A stretch of DNA of 63,369 nucleotides from Chloroflexota bacterium (GTDB lineage: Bacteria > Chloroflexota > UBA5177): assembly GCA_025966365.1 (NCBI GenBank), contig JAICWV010000002.1:1-63369 (forward strand). The letters are read 5' to 3'. The first letter of the stretch is position 1; each line of letters opens with the position of its first letter. Both the position numbers and the translations under genes were made by a program. Below, piece by piece: positions 9,256 to 18,439 of this stretch. The notes below the pieces were generated by a model. It ran no database searches, was not told the DNA's origin, and worked only from the letters and a program-made list of their open reading frames with translations.

Positions 9256-11260
9256 GGCGTCGCAGCTCGGCCGCGATGGCATCCAGCCGAAGCTTTTCCG
9301 CCGCCACCGAAAACTGTTCATCGCGCTTCTGCTGCAGAATGCGTTCCTGCTCGGCGCGTGCCTCGTCGATCTGCGTACCGATCATGCCGGCGATCCGCTC
9401 TGCGAACTGCTGAAATCGCTCCTCGACGGCGCCGTGGACGAACGCCTGTCTGTCGTTCACTTGATCCCGCAGGGCCTCGAAGAGCCGCTCCCCCAGCTTC
9501 TGCCGGACGCGCCGCTTTATCTCACTCTCGCTCAGTCCTGCCTGGATGACCTCCACCAGAATCGTGCTCATCAGAAGGCTGGTTCTCATGAAGGTGCTGA
9601 TCAGGTACCCGATGATCGATTGCTGCACCAGCCGGCCCAGGACACTGTTCAGGTCACCGAGCGACAGCACATCGTCGGTGATCCCGGCAACCTCACTCAG
9701 AGAGAGCGCGAGCTGAAACGGGGCGCCGGTTTCGCTCCGGGCGCGATCTCGGCGTGGGGTCCCGGCAAAGGCGGCGGCAATGCGATCCAGCTCCAGCTGC
9801 AGATCGCCGATCTGGGCCTCGACCTCCGCCAGGAGTGCTGCAACCGTGCTCTCAATGGCGCCAGGGATTTTCTCAGACCAGGCAGTGAAGCTCACCTGGA
9901 CGTAGCGCTGTACCTCCTCGCTGATGGCGGCCGCGATTCGCTGCCTCGTCTCCGGCTGGGCATAGGCCATGAGGACGTTGCGCAAGGAGAGGGCTGAGTC
10001 GAGGTCCATGAGCCGATGCGAATCCTCGTCCCAGGTTTCCGGCAAGGTATCCACGAACGCCCGCAAGTCGGCGAAGACTTTCTGTTTGACGACGTCCCCA
10101 AAGCGCAGAACCGTCCGTTCCGTCTCGCGCTTACGGTCCTCGAGCGCGTGCAGGTGCCGCTCCGCGACTTCACGGCGCACCTCGAGCTCCTCGACAGGCG
10201 CATCGAGCGCGGACCGCGCCTGTGTGATCCGTTCCAGAGCTCCGGCCATGACCGGCTGAAGCGCCTGTGTCGTTGATTGAAGAATGGCTGCGACCCTTGC
10301 CTCCGTGGTGAGAAAGTGCTCCAACTCCTGCTCCAGGGCTGGAACGCCGCTGGCCGCCAGGGACTCCTCGTCGTGAGGAATCGTGCCGCGCGCCTCCAGC
10401 GCCCCCCGCGCGTTGAGGAAGGAAACCCGCCGCCGGTAGAGGTCGACATCGAAGGTCCCGTCCCCGCGGGTGAAGTGAGATTCCAGCTGGGACCGTACCC
10501 ACTCCTCGATCTCCGCCCTGCTCCCCGGATCAACCTGATCGATGCGATTGACCACAAAGAAGACGTGATCGAGCCGTCCCTCGCCGAGCATGCTCTCGAT
10601 AAAGACGCGCTCGTCGCGGGTCAGGATACGGGTGGCGTTGAGCACCACGATGATAGCCTGGGAGCGCTTCAAGAAGTTCGTCGCCACCCGCGTGCGGCTG
10701 ACGTGCTCGCCGAGACCGGGAGAGTCAATGAGCTTGACGCCGTGGGCGCAGAGCGCATGGTCCCGCTCCATCTCTGCGTACTCGACGCGAGCAAAACGAT
10801 CCACACTGCCGTGTTCCTGGATGGTTTCCTGGTCCTGCGGCGTGAGCTGGAACTCGCGCACGAACTCCTCCCAGCTGACGGAGCGCGGCTCCGCCCGTCC
10901 GCTTTCGTAAATGGCGACGTCTTCCCGGTGGCCGTAGACCAGGGCCGTGATGATGGCCGTGGCCGGGGCCGCCTTGGCCGGCAGTGTTTTGGTGCCCAGC
11001 ATGGCGTTGAGCAGGGTGCTCTTGCCGTTTTTGAACTCGCCGACCACGATGATCGTGAAGAGTCCCTGCCGCAGATCGCGGGCACGGGCCAGGAGCGAGG
11101 CGGCGTCCTCGCGCAGTCCCAGACCGGGAGTCACGGACGAGCCGTCGGGAAGTACCATGGGCTCGCCGCCGGCCTCCCCGATGAGCGTGGCCATTCCCTC
11201 CAGCGAGCGGGCCACGGCCTCGGTTGTGCTTCTGGCCGCTCCGTAGCCACTACCGGTCAC
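9203..11260 (-). CDS. Dynamin-like GTPase (DLP-B)
   Basis: G1 GEFKNGKST, G3 LIDSPG, G4 VVNRID. Hydrophobic paddle-like segment LVQQSIIGYLISTFMRTSLLMSTILVEVI. Its start overlaps the upstream gene's stop by 4 nt. Confidence 0.85.
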   Translation of the reverse strand: MTGSGYGAARSTTEAVARSLEGMATLIGEAGGEPMVLPDGSSVTPGLGLREDAASLLARARDLRQGLFTIIVVGEFKNGKSTLLNAMLGTKTLPAKAAPATAIITALVYGHREDVAIYESGRAEPRSVSWEEFVREFQLTPQDQETIQEHGSVDRFARVEYAEMERDHALCAHGVKLIDSPGLGEHVSRTRVATNFLKRSQAIIVVLNATRILTRDERVFIESMLGEGRLDHVFFVVNRIDQVDPGSRAEIEEWVRSQLESHFTRGDGTFDVDLYRRRVSFLNARGALEARGTIPHDEESLAASGVPALEQELEHFLTTEARVAAILQSTTQALQPVMAGALERITQARSALDAPVEELEVRREVAERHLHALEDRKRETERTVLRFGDVVKQKVFADLRAFVDTLPETWDEDSHRLMDLDSALSLRNVLMAYAQPETRQRIAAAISEEVQRYVQVSFTAWSEKIPGAIESTVAALLAEVEAQIGDLQLELDRIAAAFAGTPRRDRARSETGAPFQLALSLSEVAGITDDVLSLGDLNSVLGRLVQQSIIGYLISTFMRTSLLMSTILVEVIQAGLSESEIKRRVRQKLGERLFEALRDQVNDRQAFVHGAVEERFQQFAERIAGMIGTQIDEARAEQERILQQKRDEQFSVAAEKLRLDAIAAELRRLNAGLMEAARSPLATTA

Positions 11261-12990
11261 GATCTCGCATCTCCCGCAGCCGGTGAGATCTGCTCGCGCA
11301 GGCGGGGAAGCCGCTCGCGGACGATAGCCGAGACCTGCTGCCGCCGGGCGGCCAGATCCTCCGCGTGCGCTTCTCGCTCATCGAGTAATGCCAGCAGGCC
11401 TTCCATTCCCTGGCGGTAGACGTCGGCCACCTCCCGCTCCAGTTGCGCTGTCAGCGCCGTGAATTGCTCATCCATGCGCTGCTTGATCTCCTGCTCGACC
11501 TGCCGCGTCGCGGCCAGCGCCGAGGCCGTCAGCGCCTGCGCCTCCGCTTCGGCGAGATCGGCGCGCCGCACCCGCTGAACCACCTGGCTGGCGAGCAGGG
11601 ACAGCACCCCCAGCGGCGGCGAGAAAAAGAGCATGAAGAAGCCGTTGAAGGCCAGCCCACGGGCGATGTTTTCCGCTCTCCGCTTGGCGCGCCTCGGCAT
11701 GACAAAGACGTGGACCCCCGCCGGATCGCCGCCGAGGTCCCATTCCGCGGTCAGCACCGGCTGTCCCACGACGGCCAGCAGCTCGCGGAAATCGGCGTCG
11801 ATCATGACCGCCACCTGCGCTTCCTCGGCCTCGAGATCGCCTCGCATGGCAACCATCTGACGACGCAGGAAGTCGAGCCACACCGCTTCGATATAACCCG
11901 GCAGGTGGCGCCTGGCGACGGCGCTGTCGTTGATCGACCGGATCTCCTCCGGCAGACGGTTCCGGAGTGCGGCGCCAAAGTTCTCGATGCGCCGCTGCAG
12001 GGTCTCCCGCAGCAGTGTCTCCACCCATGCTCTGATGCGCCGCTGCGTTCGCTCGACGCGCTGTTCCAGCCACTGCTGTTGCCCGGCTATGCGGTCGCGG
12101 GCGCCTTCCACATCCGACGCCTCCAGTCCGTAGAGCACCTCGAGCCGTGCTGCCGTCACCACTAGCTCTTCGACCAGCGCCGCAGCCGTGTGCTGTAGTC
12201 CCCGGGTGCGAACCGGCTCACGCCGCTCCAGCACGTCGTCCAGCAGGGTCTCGAGCGTCCGGTGTTCGTCTCCCCCCTGCGCAGTCTCGCGGAGCGACAG
12301 GTCAATCACGGCGGGACGGCTCTGAAACGGCCCCAGGAATGTCTGTACCAGCTCCAGAAGAGAGGCACGCTCCTCCTCGGGCACCAGGTCCATATGGTTG
12401 ACGACAACGGCCACCCGCTCCAGACCGAGCTTCGGGACCAGCTGGTCGCGCACAAAGCGCCGTTCGACGTCTGAAAGGAGAGCGGACGCGTTGAGCAGAA
12501 TCATGACGTAGTCCGAGCTCGCCAGAAGCTCGCGCCATGACTCGGGGCTTCGCTCCGCTTCCATCGGCTCGATATGGAGGTCGCAGAGGGCGAGCAGCGG
12601 GGCGGGCGCTTCAATCTCAATTCGTCCCGGCACGGCATCGCCGTCGAGGAGAAGTTCACGGAGCTGAGATGAGGAAACGGCAACCCTATCGCCGTTGGGA
12701 TCCACGCGCGTCACCGAGACTGCATCGCCGTGCTGGATATCGATGCCGAACGGCGCCTTGGGAATGGCGGAGACCGGTACGAGGTCGGCTCCCAGCAGCA
12801 GATTGACCAGCGTTGCTCGCCCGGAGCCGGTCGGGCCCACCACCCGCAGCTGCAGTCGAGAGGTCTGCTTGTGGGCGAGTACTGCCTCCACTGCCTGCGC
12901 CACCACTCGGTCTCCAAGATCCGCCGCCATGGCCGCGATCTCATCCAGCGCCGAGGCAATCGGGGACGAAGCGGACGCGGCCGAGGTCAC
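11257..12990 (-). CDS. Dynamin-like protein with degenerate GTPase motifs (DLP-C)
   Basis: G1-like GPTGSGRAT (Arg in place of the P-loop Lys). The G3 position reads CDLHIEP. G4-like VVNHMD. Hydrophobic segment GLAFNGFFMLFFSPPLGVLSLLA. 4-nt overlaps with both neighbours. Confidence 0.75.
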   Translation of the reverse strand: MTSAASASSPIASALDEIAAMAADLGDRVVAQAVEAVLAHKQTSRLQLRVVGPTGSGRATLVNLLLGADLVPVSAIPKAPFGIDIQHGDAVSVTRVDPNGDRVAVSSSQLRELLLDGDAVPGRIEIEAPAPLLALCDLHIEPMEAERSPESWRELLASSDYVMILLNASALLSDVERRFVRDQLVPKLGLERVAVVVNHMDLVPEEERASLLELVQTFLGPFQSRPAVIDLSLRETAQGGDEHRTLETLLDDVLERREPVRTRGLQHTAAALVEELVVTAARLEVLYGLEASDVEGARDRIAGQQQWLEQRVERTQRRIRAWVETLLRETLQRRIENFGAALRNRLPEEIRSINDSAVARRHLPGYIEAVWLDFLRRQMVAMRGDLEAEEAQVAVMIDADFRELLAVVGQPVLTAEWDLGGDPAGVHVFVMPRRAKRRAENIARGLAFNGFFMLFFSPPLGVLSLLASQVVQRVRRADLAEAEAQALTASALAATRQVEQEIKQRMDEQFTALTAQLEREVADVYRQGMEGLLALLDEREAHAEDLAARRQQVSAIVRERLPRLREQISPAAGDARS

Positions 12991-13910
12991 GGCTTCACAA
13001 TCTGGTTCGTGAGCCGGTCCAGGTCGATCTGGTTGAGCAGATCGGTCCCCGGTGGCGGCTCCTCACCCTTGAGGTCGTAGTAGATCTCCGATCGGGCGAA
13101 CAGGCGTAGCGCCTCGATGCGTTTGGGGATCAGGGGATGCGTGATAAAGATTTGCTGCCAGCCGGAAGCGCCGTGGTAGTCCGCCATCTCCCGATAGTGC
13201 CGCAGATAGTCGTCAATATCGACCTGCTCGACGTCCGCGAACCCGGCCACCAGCCTGATCAGCGCCCGCTCGGCCGTATGAAGATCTCCACAGCAGAGGA
13301 GCCCGGCGCGATCGGCCGTCACCTCCGACCGCCGCGACCAGGCCCGGAGCGGAATGCCGGCAAAGCGATGGACCACATGCCCGATCGGTCCCAGGATGGG
13401 CAGCGCCAGGTCGAGCAGCACCGCGACCAGGGTGTGGTAGACCATGTGACGGGCCGCGATATGACCGCATTCGTGCCCGATGACAAACTGCGCTTCACCG
13501 GGTGAAAAGTACTTGAGAAGCGCATCGGTGAGAAAGACGAACTGGTACTCGTCGGTTCCGGCGGTGAAGGCGTTGAACTGCCCACCGAAGGAGCCGCAGA
13601 GCGAGTGCGGCGCCGCGATACCCAGGGTTCGGGCGCAGTCCTGCGCAATCGCGTACAGCTCGGGGAATGACTTCTGGTCGATGGGAATTCCCTGGGCCAG
13701 AAACTGCCCCATCTGCACCGAGATAAAGGTGTCGAGCGCCTTATCGAGCACGTTTCTGACCGGCGCCGATTCCAGTGCCCGCAGGATCCAGCCGTCTACC
13801 GGGTGCGCATAGGGTGGCGCCGTTTCGTCGTCCGACAGGCCGCGCCACGCGCGCCAATCGATGTAGTCCTGGAAGGATATGATGCGGATGTCGGGTTCTT
13901 GCGTGACCAT
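12987..13910 (-). CDS. M48 family zinc metallopeptidase
   Basis: HExxH as GHECGHIAARH, with a downstream glutamate in SEVTADRAG. Start placed at the internal ATG (MVTQEP) because the longer ORF would overlap galE. Confidence 0.8.
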   Translation of the reverse strand: MVTQEPDIRIISFQDYIDWRAWRGLSDDETAPPYAHPVDGWILRALESAPVRNVLDKALDTFISVQMGQFLAQGIPIDQKSFPELYAIAQDCARTLGIAAPHSLCGSFGGQFNAFTAGTDEYQFVFLTDALLKYFSPGEAQFVIGHECGHIAARHMVYHTLVAVLLDLALPILGPIGHVVHRFAGIPLRAWSRRSEVTADRAGLLCCGDLHTAERALIRLVAGFADVEQVDIDDYLRHYREMADYHGASGWQQIFITHPLIPKRIEALRLFARSEIYYDLKGEEPPPGTDLLNQIDLDRLTNQIVKP

Positions 13911-13938
13911 GGGCGCGTCCCTTCCTGCGCGGTGGTTC

Positions 13939-14946
13939 TTAGGAAGCGCTGCTCCCAACCGGCTCCGGGGTGGCATACCCGCGGGGGTGTTTCCGTTGCC
14001 ACTCCCAGGCAGAGCCGACGATGGTGTCGAGGTCGCTATGGCGCGGCTCCCAGCCGAGCGCCGCCCGGATCTTTCGGGCATCGGCCGTCAACTCTACCGT
14101 ATCGCCCTCGCGGCGCTGCCGGATCTCGATGGGGAAATCGACTCCGCTGATGCGACGGAGGGAGTTGATGACATCCCAGTTGCTGTGCCCCACGCCGGTG
14201 CCGACGTTGAAGATGTCGCTGGTGCCGCCACCCGTCAGGTGGTCAAGTGCGGCGACGTGCGCAGAAGCGAGGTCAAGTACGTGGATGTAATCGCGGATGC
14301 AGGTTCCGTCAGGGGTAGGGTAGTCATCTCCGTAGAGTGGGAAGACGGGAATGATGCCCAGCGCGGCCTTGATGGCGACGGTAATGAGGTGCGTGGCGGG
14401 CTCATGATCCTGACCCATGGAGCCATCCAGGGCGGCACCGGCGGCGTTGAAGTAGCGCAACGAGACGCTGCGCATCCCGTGGACGCGATCGTACCAGGGC
14501 AGAATCCGCTCCACGATCAGCTTGGTCTCGCCATAGGTGTTGGTGGGCACGGTCGGCGCCGTTTCCGTGATGGGAAGCCTGGCGTCATCGCCGTACACCG
14601 CGGCCGTGGAGGAGAAGACGACGGTCTCGATCCCGTGCCGCCTGGCGGCGTTGAACAGGTTGATGCTGTTGGAGACGTTATTGGTGAAGAAAGGGCCGAC
14701 ATCTTTCATCGACTCGCCGGCCTCGATGGAAGCGGCCAGGTGCACGATGACGTCGAAGCCGTGAGAGAGGGCGGCGTCGAGGGCGGTGCTGTCGCCGAGA
14801 TCGGCTACCACCAACTCGGCATTGATCGCCTCACGGTGGCCGTAGCTCAGATTGTCGTAGACGACGACCTCGTGGCCGGCCTCCTGAAGCGCGCGGGTAG
14901 TGAAACTGCCGATGTATCCGGCTCCGCCGGTCACGAAGACACGCAT
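13939..14946 (-). CDS. galE: UDP-glucose 4-epimerase
   Basis: VTGGAGYIGS Rossmann motif, YGETK catalytic motif, 335 aa. Confidence 0.9.
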   Translation of the reverse strand: MRVFVTGGAGYIGSFTTRALQEAGHEVVVYDNLSYGHREAINAELVVADLGDSTALDAALSHGFDVIVHLAASIEAGESMKDVGPFFTNNVSNSINLFNAARRHGIETVVFSSTAAVYGDDARLPITETAPTVPTNTYGETKLIVERILPWYDRVHGMRSVSLRYFNAAGAALDGSMGQDHEPATHLITVAIKAALGIIPVFPLYGDDYPTPDGTCIRDYIHVLDLASAHVAALDHLTGGGTSDIFNVGTGVGHSNWDVINSLRRISGVDFPIEIRQRREGDTVELTADARKIRAALGWEPRHSDLDTIVGSAWEWQRKHPRGYATPEPVGSSAS

Positions 14947-15413
14947 TACCGCTTCCTCTTTCCACGGAGCCGCTCGGGCCGCTGTCTGGCGGCGCGCTGC
15001 GGCTCACGGGGCTTCGATGCTGCCGGGCGATAGCGCCGCTGGGCGTCGGCCTCCTGCAGGCGCCAGACCGCCAGCGGATAGCGCTCGCTGCGATCGTAGA
15101 CGAAGTAAGCGGCCACGATGATCATGGCCAGGACCAGGAGATACATCCAGAGTGGCATGTCGAGATAGTCGAACTGTACATAACGTGCGGCCACCAGCAC
15201 CAGACCGATGACGGAGGTCCACATGCCCGCCCTGGTGAGGCGGCGAATGAAGCGCCGTGCCACGGGGTTCCGGGGAGCGAGCTTGCCCCGCCGCCAGTAC
15301 GCAAAGGCGGATGCCAGGAAAATGATCGCGAAGACGATCGGCACGATGATATACGCCGACGGCGGATTGTCCACCGGTGATGTGGTCATGAAGTTCCAGG
15401 AGAAGAGATTCAC
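14946..15413 (-). CDS. Small integral membrane protein, unknown function
   Basis: Three hydrophobic helices and a basic C-terminal tail. Its stop shares one nt with the galE start. Confidence 0.55.
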   Translation of the reverse strand: MNLFSWNFMTTSPVDNPPSAYIIVPIVFAIIFLASAFAYWRRGKLAPRNPVARRFIRRLTRAGMWTSVIGLVLVAARYVQFDYLDMPLWMYLLVLAMIIVAAYFVYDRSERYPLAVWRLQEADAQRRYRPAASKPREPQRAARQRPERLRGKRKR

Positions 15414-15594
15414 AGTGACCTCGAAAGCATGATTACGCGGGAGCCAATTTGGTCTTCGGAAGGCCCGGCTCCGGACCGGAGAAGTCTACCACTCTGACGC
15501 TAGTCGCGACCCCAACCTGTAGCGTGAATCGGATGAAGTACCGGCCAATTGCTGCGCACCGCGATCGGAAGGTGAGGCAGAAATTTCTGTTTGG

Positions 15595-16443
15595 CTACGT
15601 CCTGGTGTACAGCCCCATCACCAGACGCATGGCCCAGTCTCGAACCCTGGTGGGGACGAAGCGCTCGAGGGTGGCAAGCCTGGCAGCGGCGGTGATGGTG
15701 TAGCGAGCGCGCGGGTGTTCGGACTGGACGGCGCGGAGCACGGTGCGGGCCACAGACTCTGCGGAGCGACCGAACCACCCCGATCGGTCATGGACGGCCG
15801 TGTAGCGCCGGAAGTAGGGGCCGTACGCTGACCCCTCGGGAGCCGCACGCACCACGGAGCGTCCGAAGTGGGTTGGAATCGGGCCCGGCTCGATCAGCAC
15901 CACCTCGATGCCAAAGGGCGCCAGCTCCAGCCGAAGGGCGTCACTCATCGCCTCCAGGGCGAATTTGGACGCGCTATAGGCACCGGTGAAGGGCGTGGAA
16001 ACGCGGCCGGCCGCGGAGCTGAGATTGATGATTCTCCCCCGGCGCCGCGCTCGCATCCCGGGCAGGAAGGCTTGAGTGAACGCCAGCAGGCCGAAGACAT
16101 TGACCTCGAAGAGACGGTGCAGCGCATCCTGCGAGATGTCCTCCATCGCGCCCATCAGCCCGTAGCCCGCATTGTTCACCAGAACGTCCACGCCGTAGCC
16201 GTCCGTTGCGCGCATCACCGCCTCGGCCGCGGCCGAGCGCGAGCCCTCATCGGCAATATCCAGCTCGACCGGCACGATCTCCCAGCCCTTGTCCTGTCCT
16301 TCATCGGATAGCGATTGAAGATCTGACCGTGTCCGGGCCAGCGCAATGACCCGATACCCCGCACGTGCGAGCTCGATCGCAGTGGCACGGCCGATCCCGC
16401 GCGACGCCCCGGTAACGGCGGCGATCTGCGCCCTAGTCCCCAC
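15595..16443 (-). CDS. SDR family oxidoreductase
   Basis: TGASRGIGRA and YSASKFAL motifs. Start set at the GTG at 16443 just before the glycine motif; the start is uncertain. Confidence 0.8.
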   Translation of the reverse strand: MGTRAQIAAVTGASRGIGRATAIELARAGYRVIALARTRSDLQSLSDEGQDKGWEIVPVELDIADEGSRSAAAEAVMRATDGYGVDVLVNNAGYGLMGAMEDISQDALHRLFEVNVFGLLAFTQAFLPGMRARRRGRIINLSSAAGRVSTPFTGAYSASKFALEAMSDALRLELAPFGIEVVLIEPGPIPTHFGRSVVRAAPEGSAYGPYFRRYTAVHDRSGWFGRSAESVARTVLRAVQSEHPRARYTITAAARLATLERFVPTRVRDWAMRLVMGLYTRT

Positions 16444-16963
16444 GATGCAGAGCGAGCGCCAGGATGGACTTGGCGTCGGCCATCTCGCCGCGCCAGATCG
16501 ACTTCCAGGCCTCATCCGGCGTCATGAGCACGACCTCGATCTGGTCGTTCTCCTCGGTTGCCTTTCCCGGGGTGAGGTCACGCAGGCGATACAGATGCAT
16601 TTTCTCGGTGGTGAAGCCGGGCGAGGAATAGAAGCTGGAGAGGTGCTCGGGGAAGCCAACGTCATACCCGGTCTCCTCCTTCATCTCTCGCCGTACCGCC
16701 TGCTCTGGCGTCTCCCCTTCGTCGATGCCGCCTGCGGGAATCTCCAGGAGGACCTGTCCTACTGCCTCCCGGTACTGCCGCACCAGGACCAGCCGGCCGT
16801 CTGCCAGCACCGGCAGCATGGCCACTACCTCGGGGTGGACTACGACCTCACGCTTCGCGTCCTTACCGTTGGGCAACCGGACGGTGTCGACCCGCAGGTC
16901 GATCAGGTTGCCCTGATACACGGTCTCGCTGTGCAGAACCTTATCGGGCTCAATCTCTCTCAA
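16433..16963 (-). CDS. NUDIX hydrolase (ADP-ribose pyrophosphatase-like)
   Basis: Nudix box GGIDEGETPEQAVRREMKEETG. Confidence 0.85.
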   Translation of the reverse strand: MREIEPDKVLHSETVYQGNLIDLRVDTVRLPNGKDAKREVVVHPEVVAMLPVLADGRLVLVRQYREAVGQVLLEIPAGGIDEGETPEQAVRREMKEETGYDVGFPEHLSSFYSSPGFTTEKMHLYRLRDLTPGKATEENDQIEVVLMTPDEAWKSIWRGEMADAKSILALALHRGD

Positions 16964-17163
16964 TGTAGTTCCCCTCCTCAGCCTACCAGTGGGCTGTCAT
17001 TCCTGTATCAGGCCGGCATCTCGAGTAGTTGTCCCTATGTGCTTCGAACGGTTCGCACGGCTGAGCTTCAGCCCGGAGGCACTCGATGGGCACATCCGCC
17101 ATCGATCTTCGATGGTGCGGTGATGCATCCGGCAATGGTGGGGGAGCCGCACAGTGCACTGGA

Positions 17164-17239
17164 CTGCGGGCTGAAGCCCTCGGCTACGTCGCGGGCGACA
17201 TAACGGGCACTTCAGGTAGCGGAGGGCTTCAGCCCGCAG
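17164..17239. repeat. 18-bp perfect inverted repeat with a 40-nt spacer
   Basis: ctgcgggctgaagccctc (17164-17181) is the exact reverse complement of gagggcttcagcccgcag (17222-17239). The right arm covers the glycosidase stop codon. A related cttcagccc copy lies near 17065. Confidence 0.8.
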
Positions 17240-18437
17240 TCTTTCTCTCGTGAGGAGCGAGCAGGGCAAGGGCGCTGAGGATGCTTCCCGCACCGGTGGC
17301 GAAGTCGGGGTTGTAGCGCCAGCCGCGGCGGGGCTCTATCCACTCATAGATGCGATTACAGCCGGGGCAGAAGCACCCCTCGATCAGTTGCGCCGCGACT
17401 TCCCGTTCTCCGAGCAGGGCACGAGCCTGGGCTTCCCACCCGGTGAGCCAGGTCCAGATGCCCCCGTTTTGATACTCGCCACGCCGGAACTGGTATGGGC
17501 CCATCCGGCCAGAGGCAAAGGAGGGGGTGATGACGCGATGCCCGAAGGGCGCAGCCAGACGGTTGAGTCGCTGCATCAGCATTCGGCCTTCCTCGACATT
17601 GAGCACGCCGTAGAGGACCAGCAAGGCAAAATCCTGGGTAACGCGCTTGCCGCGCGCCTGAGGGCATTGCCAGTCGAGCGGACCGGACGGGCGCAGCAGC
17701 GTTCGACGGGTCGCGGAGCGAACCGCATCAGGATCGGGGCCCCGAAGACCGATGGAGGCTGCTCCCTGCACCGCGGCATTCCAGACCGCTTGCGTGTACG
17801 TCACCTTGCCGTGCCGCCGCCAGTGATCGGCCCAGTCCTCGTTGGGGCATTGCTCGATGAGGAGATCTCCGTCGCTGTCGCGTCCGATCAAGTAGTCCAT
17901 CGCCGCCTGTAGCGGAGGGCGTAACGGCGCGATGGAGGCGGCGTCTCCTGTAAGCTCGCGGTATCGGGCGCAGGCGACGATCCACCAGGCGGTACTGTCC
18001 GGGTCAGGGTGGCAGCTGTAGATTTCGCGCGTACCGTCCGGGAAGCTCTGGCGCCCGATGTAGACCGAGGTGGGCAGACCGCCCCGATTCACGTCCAGCC
18101 AGGCCCCGTCTGGATGCGATATCTCCGCCTCTGTCCATTCCAGACGATGTTTGTTGAGAAGGATGTACTGCGCCGGGTCGTCGTCAACGCGGACCTGATA
18201 GGTTGCCCATGTCCGGAGAAGCGCGAGCGCAAGATCGGAGTATCCCCAGTCGAGCAGTCCCAGCACGATGATCATCGTGTCGCGCGACCACAGACCCTCG
18301 TACGTTGGGCTGGGCTGGACGATCGTCTCATCCAGATAGGTGCGAACGTTGTGCTCGATCGTATCCAGGGCGATTTTCACCCGCGCCGGCGATATCGCCG
18401 GAGAGGACGTCGAAACAGGCATGCCGGTACTCTCCAT
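17229..18437 (-). CDS. (alpha/alpha)6-barrel glycosidase-like protein (GDE_C / GH63 / GH100-like)
   Basis: 402 aa. LWSRDTMIIVLGLL and YQNGGIWTWLTGW motifs resemble six-hairpin glycosidases. Last gene of the sugar ABC operon. Confidence 0.6.
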   Translation of the reverse strand: MESTGMPVSTSSPAISPARVKIALDTIEHNVRTYLDETIVQPSPTYEGLWSRDTMIIVLGLLDWGYSDLALALLRTWATYQVRVDDDPAQYILLNKHRLEWTEAEISHPDGAWLDVNRGGLPTSVYIGRQSFPDGTREIYSCHPDPDSTAWWIVACARYRELTGDAASIAPLRPPLQAAMDYLIGRDSDGDLLIEQCPNEDWADHWRRHGKVTYTQAVWNAAVQGAASIGLRGPDPDAVRSATRRTLLRPSGPLDWQCPQARGKRVTQDFALLVLYGVLNVEEGRMLMQRLNRLAAPFGHRVITPSFASGRMGPYQFRRGEYQNGGIWTWLTGWEAQARALLGEREVAAQLIEGCFCPGCNRIYEWIEPRRGWRYNPDFATGAGSILSALALLAPHERKTAG

Positions 18438-18439
18438 AT

